DNA from: Macrostomum lignano
Taxonomy: Eukaryota
Direction: 5' to 3'
DNA length: 64,000 bases
Assembly (NCBI GenBank): GCA_002269645.1
Contig: NIVC01002817.1
Location: 62,001 to 126,000 of the forward strand
How positions within the stretch are numbered: position 1 is the stretch's first letter; each line of letters starts with the position of its first letter. Position numbers and translations under genes: made by a program. This document shows positions 10,770 through 21,456 of this stretch, piece by piece. The notes below the pieces were generated by a model, which was not told the DNA's origin, did no database searches, and saw only the letters and a program-made list of their open reading frames with translations.

Positions 10770-12982
10770 TTTATTTTAGATTGTATTTTTCTGAAACTGA
10801 TAGGTCTGTACAGCTCTGAATTTTCGCTGAAGGCTCTGAAGCCAAGCTTTTAAGCCCAGCCCAATATAGGTGTAGTGATTCGTATAGTATTTTTTATTTA
10901 AAAGCACACTACACTGTCTGTCTTTCTCAGATCCCAGTAATGTTGCTTATTTACCCACTGTCTTATTATTTCATCCTCAGTGGACTCCCCACATTCCTCG
11001 CTCTCCATTGACCACTGGCAAGATTCATGAATATATTGTCTATGTACATCTACATGGGGGTGGGGCCCTTGCCGGTCTACTGTAGGGGGCAGGGTCAGAA
11101 TCTCTGGAGTGGAGAAGGGGCAGGACAGGAAAAGAAAAACTTAGTGCAGTCCAGTCAAGATTTAGCAATAAACAAGAAACATAAAGGAAGGATAAGGAGT
11201 AGCAGACACTAAGCATTGTACATTCAAATCAAAGTGAATGGTTTAAATTTAATGGATTTGGGGGGCTTGGCCCTACTTGGGTTGTGCTTATTGGGGGCAA
11301 CTAAGGTCCTAGGACACAGGGCACTTAGAAAATTTACCGGGGCACTTGGAAATTTTAAAAGGGCACTCTTAAGGGTCTTTCAAAAAGTGGGGGGCTCCAG
11401 CCCCCCCCCCCCCATGCCCCCCTTCCCCCTCCCAGTTCTGACATCCCTGCTTTTTATAGCTAAAGACAAGTTAAAGCAAATAACATGTAATAAAGGCTTT
11501 TTTAAAATGCTTGTAAAAGTTTAAAAATATAAAAAATTGCTGCATTAAGCGTATTAAAATAACTAAAACTAAGTCTCAAAAATGCATGCAAAAATAGTTC
11601 TAGGGATTCAAATTCAATGAGTTCAAAATCCAAAGGTTTCAATAGCTTGTCATATTATAAATGCTTCCTATTAATTTCTAGAAATTTAAATAGTATTAAT
11701 TTTGTTGTCAACAAAATAAGTCAAGTAGACCATGAAAAATGAAATATATTGTACTTTCAAATAACATAGTTAGACACTCTGAAAGTTTTCAACAATTTTG
11801 TTTTATTTCATAAATCTTAAATGCTTAAGTAAAGAAGATAAATTTGTTTCTAAGATTTATCAATTAATAAAATATCATATTTGATTAAACATTTAATATT
11901 GGCAGTCTTAAATTCAAGTAACTGCTAGAAACTTTTATGTATGTGACATTATCCAATAGTGTTCTGCTGTTAGCCATAGCTACAGCTATGGGATCGTATG
12001 GCATATATTATAAATAGGTGCCTGTAGCAGCTATGGATACGCCTCTGGTAGCTAGCTGCTCTTATGGCTGCAAGTATGGAAATATGGTAGTTATTGTCAC
12101 TTTCGATAGATTCTTATAGCCATAGCTATTAATTAAAAAATTAGAAACAGGTAGAGTAAAACAAAGATACTTTATTAAACTGTATTTTCAACTTAGAAAC
12201 TTATAGAATATACCTAATAAAGTACAATAAAACACTAGCAAACTCTAATTTTTATTAATGTGAAAAGTTCAGCATTAGTACTTTCAGTAGCAATTAAGGA
12301 TTGTTGCTCTATAAAAAGACAAAATATAATCTTTCAAAGGCAATCAAGTGTTTCTTTTATTTTCTAAATTAATTTGCAGTTGTTTAAGCACCAGTTTATC
12401 TTCTTGATTTAAAATCTTTTGTTTTCTAGACTTATTGTTAAAACTATGGCTACAGCTATGGGAACTATGGGAATATGGTAATATTGGGGTCCCTATGGCT
12501 ATGGAATTGGAATAAGCCATAGTTTTGCTTACAGCTATGGCTACAGTACATAGACCCTCCTTATGGCGGAACACTATTATCCAAAGTATGAAGTATATTA
12601 TAATACCTATTTTTAATATTATTTTTTTATCATTTACTTTAGTGACAAATTATGATCTTTACTTTTCTTTGTTAAGAGATACAGGTTTCAAAAATAATGG
12701 CAGATGGAATTTTTCCAAGTCTAGTAATTTTTAAAAACTTTGGTAGAAGTTTAAAGAATTAAAATAAACTCTAAATGTATCAGACTTTGCTAGACCAATA
12801 CTGGCATGATAATTAATTTTAGTATATCCCTAAGATAAATGTTGATATTTTTTAGTTTAATATATATGAGCAAATAAACCACAAAATAATTTGTTTTGTA
12901 ACTTTTGGCTTTACTTGTATTTTTAATGCAAACTTGCTTCAACCAAATGATGATAATCAATTTAACAGGCACTCTGGCCGCC

Positions 12983-13180
12983 ATGCCCCTGCCTAGCAAG
13001 TCTCGGGTGTATGCAGATGCCAATCAGGTCCGGGAACGGCAGTACTGGGACTACGAAGTGCTTGTGATTGAATGGGGCAACCAGGATGACTATCAGATTG
13101 TGCGCAAGCTCGGCCGGGGCAAGTACTCGGAGGTGTTCGAGGGAATCAATGTTGCCGCGAATGAGAAAATCGTCATTAAG
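12983..13180 (+). CDS. CSNK2A1: Casein kinase II alpha, coding exon 1 (66 codons)
   Basis: [14 protein letters not shown]...WDYE...[24 protein letters not shown]...IVIK; GCCGCCATG Kozak context; donor AAG|GTGAGC. Confidence 0.96.
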
Positions 13181-13274
13181 GTGAGCGCATTAAAATGCTT
13201 TTAATATTGCCAGCATCGTGTCAAATTTATCAGCAGAATTTGAGTCCGTTTCATAGTCTTCTAGATTATATTTC

Positions 13275-13586
13275 TCATGACTCATGGATTTCTGTCAGTC
13301 ATAGCTCATGACCCATATATATTTCTGTCAGTCATTACTTATGAACCATTTAGATTTCTGTCAGTCATTACTCATGACCCATTTAGATTTCTGTCAGTCA
13401 TTACTCATGACCCAATTAGATTTCTGTCAGTCATTGCTCATGACCCATTTAGGTTTGTGTCAGTCATAGCTCATGACCCATTTAGATTTGTGTCAGTCAT
13501 AGCTCATGACTTATTTAGATTTGTGTCAGTCATAGCTCATGACCCATTTAGATTTGTGTCAGTCAGCTCATGACCCATTTAGATTT
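13275..13586. repeat. 33-bp minisatellite, CK2 alpha intron 1
   Basis: Unit TCATGACCCATTTAGATTTGTGTCAGTCATAGC, about 9 copies. Confidence 0.95.
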
Positions 13587-13614
13587 CATCTACAAAAGTC
13601 TTCAAAATTGGCAG

Positions 13615-13920
13615 GTGCTCAAGCCGGTAAAAAAGAAGAAGATCAAGCGGGAGATTAAGATTCTGGAGAATCTGAAAGGCGGCGTCAACATCATCGGTCT
13701 CCAGGGCATCGTCAAGGACCCGGTGTCGCGCACGCCCGCCCTGATCTTCGAGCACGTGAACAACGCGGACTTCAAGCAGCTGTACCAGACTCTCACGGAC
13801 TATGATATTCGATTCTACCTATTCGAACTGCTGAAGGCATTGGACTATTGTCACAGCAAGGGCATCATGCATCGAGATGTGAAGCCGCACAATGTCATGA
13901 TTGACCACGAGCACAGGAAG
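13615..13920 (+). CDS. CSNK2A1: Casein kinase II alpha, coding exon 2 (102 codons)
   Basis: Acceptor GGCAG|GTG; [20 protein letters not shown] (CK2 basic cluster) ... [17 protein letters not shown]; donor AAG|GTTAGT. Confidence 0.97.
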
Positions 13921-14254
13921 GTTAGTTAGCCAAACCAAGCTGAGCACTAATTAGATGTCGAAGCATCAGCCTATTAACATAAAGGTATACTTACTCCCGC
14001 TTTTTACCCAACGGTCGGTATGATGAAGATCTGGAATTTTAGCCGATAAATTACTTTACTATTTTTAACCTCTATCGCTGCATTACAATGCGACAGTGGC
14101 TATCGATACATATCGGCATACATTAGCTACGATTCACTTGTAGCAGGCAGTCGATCTGTGGAGGCTCTTTGATTTTTCTGGAGCCGTTCACTTTTGCAGC
14201 TGTTTGACAGCACAAGATCTTTTAATGCTCTTTTAATATATTTTTATCTACATA

Positions 14255-14545
14255 CCCCACTTTATCTGATAGATCTAAATTCCCCAGTTTATCTGATAGA
14301 TCTAAATTCCCCAGTTTATCTGATACATATAAATTCCCCAGTTTATCTGATACATATAAATTCCCTAGTTTATCTGATACATATAAATTCCCTAGTTTAT
14401 CTGATACATATAAATTCCCTAGTTTATCTCAGAGATCTGAATTCCTCAGATTATCTAAGAGATCTAAATTCCCCAGTTTACCTCAGAGATCTGAATTCCC
14501 CAGTTTGTCTCAGAGATCTGAATTCCCCAGTTTACTTTACCTAAA
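14255..14545. repeat. 27-bp minisatellite, CK2 alpha intron 2
   Basis: Unit TTTATCTGATAGATCTAAATTCCCCAG, about 10 copies, ending at the acceptor. Confidence 0.95.
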
Positions 14546-14554
14546 TTCTTGCAG

Positions 14555-14665
14555 CTCCGCCTCATTGACTGGGGCCTTGCGGAGTTCTACCACGCCGGCC
14601 AGGAGTACAATGTGCGGGTGGCATCCCGGTACTTCAAGGGGCCCGAACTGCTGCTGGATTATCAG
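14555..14665 (+). CDS. CSNK2A1: Casein kinase II alpha, coding exon 3 (37 codons)
   Basis: Acceptor TTCTTGCAG|CTC; [37 protein letters not shown] with the CK2-diagnostic DWG and GPE motifs; donor CAG|GTTTGC. Not shown in the ORF track. Confidence 0.96.
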
Positions 14666-14725
14666 GTTTGCCTTTGACATCGCCTTGCTTTGATACTTTA
14701 AATATCATTGCAAAATATAACCTCG

Positions 14726-15303
14726 GGTATGGCAGCTCAGGTAGCTTCAGCTATGGTAGCTTCAGGTATGGCAGCTCAGGTAGCTTCAGGTATGGCAGCT
14801 CAGGTAGCTTCAGGTATGACAGCTCAGGTAGCTTCAGGTATGACAGCTCAGGTAGCTTCAGGTATGGCAGCTCAGGTAGCTTCAGGTATGGCAGCTCAGG
14901 TAGCTTCAGGTATGGCAGCTCAGGTAGCTTCAGGTATGGCTGCTCAGGTAGCTTCAGGTATGGCTGCTCAGGTAGCTTCAGGTATGGCAGCTCAGGTAGC
15001 TTCAGGTATGGCTGCTCAGGTAGCTTCAGGTATGACAGCTCAGGTAGCTTCAGGTATGGCAGCTCAGGTAGCTTCAGGTATGGCAGCTCAGGTAGCTTCA
15101 GGTATGGCAGCTCAGGTAGCTTCAGGTATGGCTGCTCAGGTAGCTTCAGGTATGGCTGCTCAGGTAGCTTCAGGTATGGCTGCTCAGGTAGCCTCAGGTA
15201 TGGCAGCTCAGGTATGGCAGCTCAAGTAGCTTCAGGTATGGCAGCTCAGGTATGGCAGCTCAGGTATGGCAGCTCAGGTATGGCAGCTCAGGTAGCCTCA
15301 GCT
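14726..15303. repeat. 24-bp minisatellite, CK2 alpha intron 3
   Basis: Unit CAGGTATGGCAGCTCAGGTAGCTT, changing to 14-bp sub-units at the 3' end. Confidence 0.96.
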
Positions 15304-15327
15304 TCCTCGCTTCACACGCCCGTCCAG

Positions 15328-15679
15328 ATGTACGATTACTCCTTGGACATGTGGAGCCTGGGCTGCATGTTCGCCTCCATGATCTTCAAGAAGGAGCCGT
15401 TCTTCCACGGCCACGACAACTACGACCAGCTGGTGCGCATCGCCAAGGTGCTGGGCACCGACGAGCTGTTCGCCTACATCAGGAAGTACCAGATGGCATT
15501 GGACGCGCGGTTTAACGACATTCTGGCCAAGCACAGCAGGAAGCGGTGGGAGCGCTTCGTCCATACCGCCAATCAGCATCTCGTCAGCGCCGAGGCCATC
15601 GACTTTCTCGATCGGCTGCTGCGCTACGATCACGCGGAGCGCCTCACCGCCAGGGAGGCCATGGAGCATCCCTACTTCA
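15328..15679 (+). CDS. CSNK2A1: Casein kinase II alpha, coding exon 4 (352 nt)
   Basis: Acceptor GTCCAG|ATG; [44 protein letters not shown]...[13 protein letters not shown]; phase-1 donor A|GTGAGC. Confidence 0.97.
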
Positions 15680-15695
15680 GTGAGCTGGGCTGGCG

Positions 15696-16495
15696 TGTGG
15701 GATATGGGACTGAAGTGTGGGATCTGGGACTGAAGTGTGGGATATGGGACTGAAGTGTGGGGATATAGGACTGAAGTGTGGGATCTGGGACTGAAGTGTG
15801 AGATCTAGGACTGAAGTGTGGGATCTGGGACTGATGTGTGGGATCTGGGACTGAAGTGTGGGGATCTGGGACTGAAGTGTGGGGATGTGGGACTGAAGTT
15901 AAATGTGGGATATGAGACTGAAGTGTGGGGTTATGGGACTGAAGTGTGGGATCTGGGACTGAAGTGTGAGATCTGGGACTGAAGTGTGGGATCTGGGACT
16001 GAAGTGTGGGGATGTGGGACTGAAGTTAAATGTGGGATATGAGACTGAAGTGTGGGGTTATGGGACTGAAGTGTGGGATCTGGGACTGAAGTGTGAGATC
16101 TGGGACTGAAGTGTGGGATCTGGGACTGAAGTGTGGGATCTGGGACTGAAGTGTGGGGATCTGGGACTGAAGTGTGGGGATGTGGGACTGAAGTGAAGTG
16201 TGGGATATGAGACTGAAGTGTGGGATCTGGGACTGAAGTGTGGGGATGTGGGACTGAAGTGAAGTGTGGGATCTAGGACTGAAGTGTGGGGATGTGGGAC
16301 TGAAGTGAAGTGTGGGATATGAGACTGAAGTGTGGGATCTGGGACTGAAGTGTTGGGATGTGGGACTGAAGTGAAGTGTGGGATATGAGACTGAAGTGTG
16401 GGATCTGGGACTGAAGTGTGGGGATGTGGGACTGAAGTGAAGTGTGGGATATGAGACTGAAGTGTGGGATCTGGGACTAAAGTGTGGGGATCTAT
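15696..16495. repeat. 20-bp (20-26) minisatellite, CK2 alpha intron 4
   Basis: Unit GTGTGGGATCTGGGACTGAA, beginning about 16 nt after the donor. Confidence 0.96.
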
Positions 16496-16627
16496 TGCTT
16501 TAGATCTGGGATCTATTGATTAAGGTTCTAGATAAGAGATTTTGAAATATAGTTATGGGATCTGAGACTTGAGACTGAAGCAGCATCTGAGTCAATGGAG
16601 CTCCGTCCCCCTCTGTCTGCCCCGCAG

Positions 16628-16741
16628 CTCCCATCGTGCGGGACCAGGGCGGCATGCCGCCAGCAAACTCCTCCGCTCTCGCACCTGACGGCACGGCCGG
16701 TTCCGCTGGGGCCACCGGCATCGGCGGCAGCTCCGCAGGCG
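16628..16741 (+). CDS. CSNK2A1: Casein kinase II alpha, coding exon 5 (C-terminal tail, 114 nt)
   Basis: Acceptor CCCCGCAG|CT; (T)PIVRDQGGMPPANSSALAPDGTAGSAGATGIGGSSAG; donor G|GTGAGT; phases match exons 4 and 6. Confidence 0.88.
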
Positions 16742-16746
16742 GTGAG

Positions 16747-17752
16747 TAGATTATGAGATGCTAGGAGATTAGATTATGAGATGCTAGGAGATTAGATTGT
16801 GGGATGCTAGGAGATTAGATTATGAGATGCTGGGAGATTAGATTGTGAGATGCTAGGAGATTAGATTATGAGATGCTGGGAGATTAGATTATGAGATGCT
16901 AGGAGATTAGATTATAAGATGCTAGGAGATTAGATTATAAGATGCTAGGAGATTAGATTATGAGATGCTGGGAGATTAGATTATGAGATGCTAGGAGATT
17001 AGATTATGAGATGCTGGGAGATTAGATTGTGAGATGCTGGGAGATTAGATTATAAGATGCTAGGAGATTAGATTATGAGATGCTGGGAGATTAGATTATG
17101 AGATGCTAGGAGATTAGATTATAAGATGCTGGGAGATTAGATTATGAGATGCTAGGAGATTAGATTGTGAGATGCTAGGAGATTAGATTATGAGATGCTA
17201 GGAGATTAGATTATGAGATGCTGGGAGATTAGATTATAAGATGCTAGGAGATTAGATTATAAGATGCTAGGAGATTAGATTATGAGATGCTGGGAGATTA
17301 GATTATGAGATGCTAGGAGATTAGATTATGAGATGCTGGGAGATTAGATTGTGAGATGCTGGGAGATTAGATTATAAGATGCTAGGAGATTAGATTATGA
17401 GATGCTGGGAGATTAGATTATGAGATGCTAGGAGATTAGATTATAAGATGCTGGGAGATTAGATTATGAGATGCTAGGAGATTAGATTATGAGATGCTGG
17501 GAGATTAGATTGTGAGATGCTAGGAGATTAGATTGGATGCTAGGATCGATAAGATCAAGAGCTGCTAGGAGATTAGATCATGAGCTGCTAGGAGATTAAA
17601 TTGGATGCTAGGAGATTAGATCAAGAGCTGCTATAAGATTAGATTGGATGCTAGGAGATTAGATCAAGAGCTGCTATAAGATTAGATTGGATGCTAGGAG
17701 ATTAGATCATGAGCTGCTAGGAGATTAGATTGGATGCTAGGAGATTAGATCA
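16747..17752. repeat. 23-bp minisatellite, CK2 alpha intron 5
   Basis: Unit GAGATTAGATTATGAGATGCTAG, starting within the donor sequence; variant 20/23-bp units after about 17530. Confidence 0.96.
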
Positions 17753-17793
17753 TGTGCTGAAAAATGTCGAATCGCTTCTCCCAACCCCCGCAG

Positions 17794-17849
17794 CTGTCGG
17801 CTACGGCACAGCCACCTCCGGCAGTTCGGGTCCCATCTATCAAAACTGA
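17794..17849 (+). CDS. CSNK2A1: Casein kinase II alpha, last coding exon (56 nt incl. TGA)
   Basis: Acceptor CCCCCGCAG|CT; (A)VGYGTATSGSSGPIYQN*; total CDS 1,137 nt = 378 aa; AATAAA 28 nt after the stop. Confidence 0.8.
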
Positions 17850-17876
17850 GTTGGCTGGCACAATCCGACCATGGTT

Positions 17877-17882
17877 AATAAA
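17877..17882 (+). terminator. Candidate polyadenylation signal of the CK2 alpha gene
   Basis: AATAAA shortly after the stop codon, in AT-rich sequence; no transcript evidence available. Confidence 0.45.
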
Positions 17883-18617
17883 TAATGCAAATTAATATTG
17901 ACTGCATTGAAGCTCGGCGGGCGGCCGCGGGGCTGTTGGTAATAATCAATATTTTTTTATTCGTGATTCTGCAGTTGAGCTGTCTGTAGTGTTCGCGGTT
18001 TTATAATAATTTGTTTTAATTTTTTTCCAATTTCCAATTAATTTTTTCTTGATGTCTTACGCTTGAGAAATGAATGTTGGATAAAGTGAGCAAAGGGTGA
18101 AAAAGTAAGAGCAGGTAGTTTGGGCCATAGATTTTGCTAACTGATTTGCCAACAATCAAAACAATAATTTCCTGGATTAACATATTTCCGTTCGTGTCAA
18201 TTTCCTTTCCTAATCTGGAGCTTCTCCGACCGCTTCCTTCTCCGTCTGCTTCAATCTGTTGCTTTAACCTGAGACTCGAGTTTGTGCTGCACAAGTTTTA
18301 AATTGCCGAATTAAGTATCATACATTTATTCAATATTTAAATCTCTGTTTTATAGGGGGGCGTGTGTGATCTGCTATATTGAATATTGTGTGAAACATTG
18401 ATCAACTTTAGTAGCCTGTCACATTTTCTCTCACTTATTACTGACTAAGAAGTAGTAATTGAAATTAATTCTAGTAAAAATATAACTGTGTACATTTCTG
18501 CCCAATTATAAACATGGCCGTTGGTGTTGGCGTTGCGCTTGAACTCACAAGCAGTGGACTGGCCTTGACTGACACGAACATCTTGCTGAATCTGCTTCTG
18601 TGTTTATTGCTTTTCCA

Positions 18618-20652
18618 TGTCAGGTGATAGCTGACTGACAGGACAGTCTGATGACTGCTAACCTGTCAGGTGATAGCTGACTGACAGGACAGTCTGATGA
18701 CTGCTAACCTGTCAGGTGATAGCTGACTGACAGGACATTCTGACTGCTACCTGTCAGGTGATAGCTGACTGACAGGACATTCTGACTGCTACCTGTCAGG
18801 TGATAGCTGACTGACAGGACATTCTGACTGCTACCTGTCAGGTGATAGCTGACTGACAGGACATTCTGACTGCTACCTGTCAGGTGATAGCTGACTGACA
18901 GACTGACAGGACATTCTGACTGCTACCTGTCAGGTGATAGCTGACTGACAGACTGACAGGACATTCTGACTGCTAACCTGTCAGGTGATAGCTGACTGAC
19001 AGACTGACAAGACAGTCTGACTGCTAACCTGTCAGGTGTTAGCTGACTGACAGACTGACAAGACAGTCTGACTGTTACCTGTCAGGTGTTAGCTGACTGA
19101 CAGACTGACAAGACAGTGACTGCTAACCTGTCAGGTGTTAGCTGACTGACAGACTGACAAGACAGTCTGACTGCTAACCTGTCAGGTGTTAGCTGACTGA
19201 CAGACTGACAAGACAGTCTGACTGCTAACCTGTCAGGTGTTAGCTGACTGACAGACTGACAAGACAGTCTGACTGCTAACCTGTCAGGTGTTAGCTGACT
19301 GACAGACTGACAAGACAGTGACTGCTAACCTGTCAGGTGTTAGCTGACTGACAGACTGACAAGACAGTGACTGCTAACCTGTCAGGTGTTAGCTGACTGA
19401 CAGACTGACAAGACAGTCTGACTGCTAACCTGTCAGGTGTTAGCTGACTGACAGACTGACAAGACAGTCTGACTGTTACCTGTCAGGTGTTAGCTGACTG
19501 ACAGACTGACAAGACAGTGACTGCTAACCTGTCAGGTGTTAGCTGACTGACAGACTGACAAGACAGTCTGACTGTTACCTGTCAGGTGTTAGCTGACTGA
19601 CAGACTGACAAGACAGTCTGACTGCTAACCTGTCAGGTGATAGCTGACTGACAGGACATTCTGACTGCTACCTGTCAGGTGATAGCTGACTGACAGGACA
19701 TTCTGACTGCTACCTGTCAGGTGATAGCTGACTGACAGGACATTCTGACTGCTACCTGTCAGGTGATAGCTGACTGACAGACTGACAGGACATTCTGACT
19801 GCTACCTGTCAGGTGATAGCTGACTGACAGACTGACAGGACATTCTGACTGCTAACCTGTCAGGTGATAGCTGACTGACAGACTGACAAGACAGTCTGAC
19901 TGCTAACCTGTCAGGTGTTAGCTGACTGACAGACTGACAAGACAGTGACTGCTAACCTGTCAGGTGTTAGCTGACTGACAGACTGACAAGACAGTGACTG
20001 CTAACCTGTCAGGTGTTAGCTGACTGACAGACTGACAAGACAGTGACTGCTAACCTGTCAGGTGTTAGCTGACTGACAGACTGACAAGACAGTCTGACTG
20101 CTAACCTGTCAGGTGTTAGCTGACTGACAGACTGACAAGACAGTCTGACTGTTACCTGTCAGGTGTTAGCTGACTGACAGACTGACAAGACAGTCTGACT
20201 GCTAACCTGTCAGGTGATAGCTGACTGACAAGACAGTCTGACTGCTAACCTGTCAGGTGTTAGCTGACTGACAGACTGACAAGACAGTCTGACTGTTACC
20301 TGTCAGGTGTTAGCTGACTGACAGACTGACAAGACAGTCTGACTGCTAACCTGTCAGGTGTTAGCTGACTGACAGACTGACAAGACAGTGACTGCTAACC
20401 TGTCAGGTGTTAGCTGACTGACAGACTGACAAGACAGTGACTGCTAACCTGTCAGGTGTTAGCTGACTGACAGACTGACAAGACAGTCTGACTGCTAACC
20501 TGTCAGGTGTTAGCTGACTGACAGACTGACAAGACAGTCTGACTGTTACCTGTCAGGTGTTAGCTGACTGACAGACTGACAAGACAGTCTGACTGCTAAC
20601 CTGTCAGGTGATAGCTGACTGACAAGACAGTCTGACTGCTACGTGTCAGGTG
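18618..20652. repeat. 42-51-bp minisatellite with internal inverted repeat and about 920-bp higher-order block
   Basis: Unit CTGTCAGGTGTTAGCTGACTGACAGACTGACAAGACAGTCTGACTGCTAAC and a 42-bp variant; the block of 42-bp variants starts near 18731 and again near 19652. Confidence 0.96.
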
Positions 20653-21222
20653 CTATTGGAGTACGTATGTAACAATACATTTACTATCTGAAAGTACTAT
20701 TTATAAGTGAATACTCGAAGTTTCTAAATGCTAGCTGTGCAAATGCTTGTAAGCCTACTTTAAGTAGGCTACGCGACACTCGATTTCATTCAACAGAACG
20801 ATAGTAGAAAAAAACAGTTAAAAAATGCGAGCTCACGCACCAGCGCATGCAGATGTGGCGGCTGAAATCCGGGATGAAATGCGGGCGGAGTCGCTCGCTT
20901 CCCGTGGGGCCTCTGCCGGATTCGCAGCTGATTCATGGCCGGCTCCGAGTGGGGATCAATTGGTCCGGCTTTCTCGGGGCAACGCGGGCCCGTAGAGATA
21001 ATCGCCTCTGCAATCTGCTGCCCGCTCTGTGTTTCACTGGCTCCCCTGGCAATGTCCTCGGAATCCCCCCAGGAGTGCCAAACTGAGCTCAGCGATGCAG
21101 AAAGAAACTTCGCCCGTATCCAGAATTCACTATTGAAGATCATATATTGGTGGTTCTCCGTTCCTGCGTATGTCATTGCCTTCTTGTTGTTATTTTGACC
21201 CTCTGATTGTGTGCTGTTGCTG

Positions 21223-21456
21223 CCTGAGCCCTGCTAGCACTCCCTGAGTACCCTGCTAGCACTCCCTGAATACCCTGCTAGCACTCCCTGAGTACCCTGC
21301 TAGCACTCCCTGAATACCCTGCTAGCACTCCCTGAGTACCCTGCTAGCACTCCCTGAATACCCTGCTAGCACTCTGAATACCCTGCTAAGCACTCCCTAA
21401 ATACCCTGCTAAGCACTCCCTGAATACCCTGCTAGCACTCCCTGAATACCCTGCTA
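21223..21456. repeat. 22-bp minisatellite
   Basis: Unit TACCCTGCTAGCACTCCCTGA(A/G), about 10 copies. Confidence 0.94.

Larger units (their letters stand above)
6151..11449 (-). mobile_element. hAT-superfamily DNA transposon (ZMYM1-like / DUF4371 type), full length but decayed, 5,299 bp
   Basis: TIRs CAGGGGCATCAGAACT (6151-6166) and, on the opposite strand, CAGGGATGTCAGAACT (11449-11434), 13/16 identical; 8-bp TSD CTTTTTAT at 6143-6150 and 11450-11457; G/C-run subterminal sequences at both ends; internal transposase remnants. Confidence 0.93.

Noticed and set aside
14668-15753. 361-aa ORF with (YGSSGSFR)n fused to CK2 exon 4, as an alternative isoform
   Set aside because: Exon 3 read-through stops at GTT TGC CTT TGA, no AG in the 24-bp unit gives a phase-0 join, and the product would lack most of the kinase domain.
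20935-21198. 87-aa + strand ORF with hydrophobic C-terminus (small membrane protein)
   Set aside because: No recognisable family or supporting splice/promoter signals; the length is compatible with chance in GC-rich DNA.
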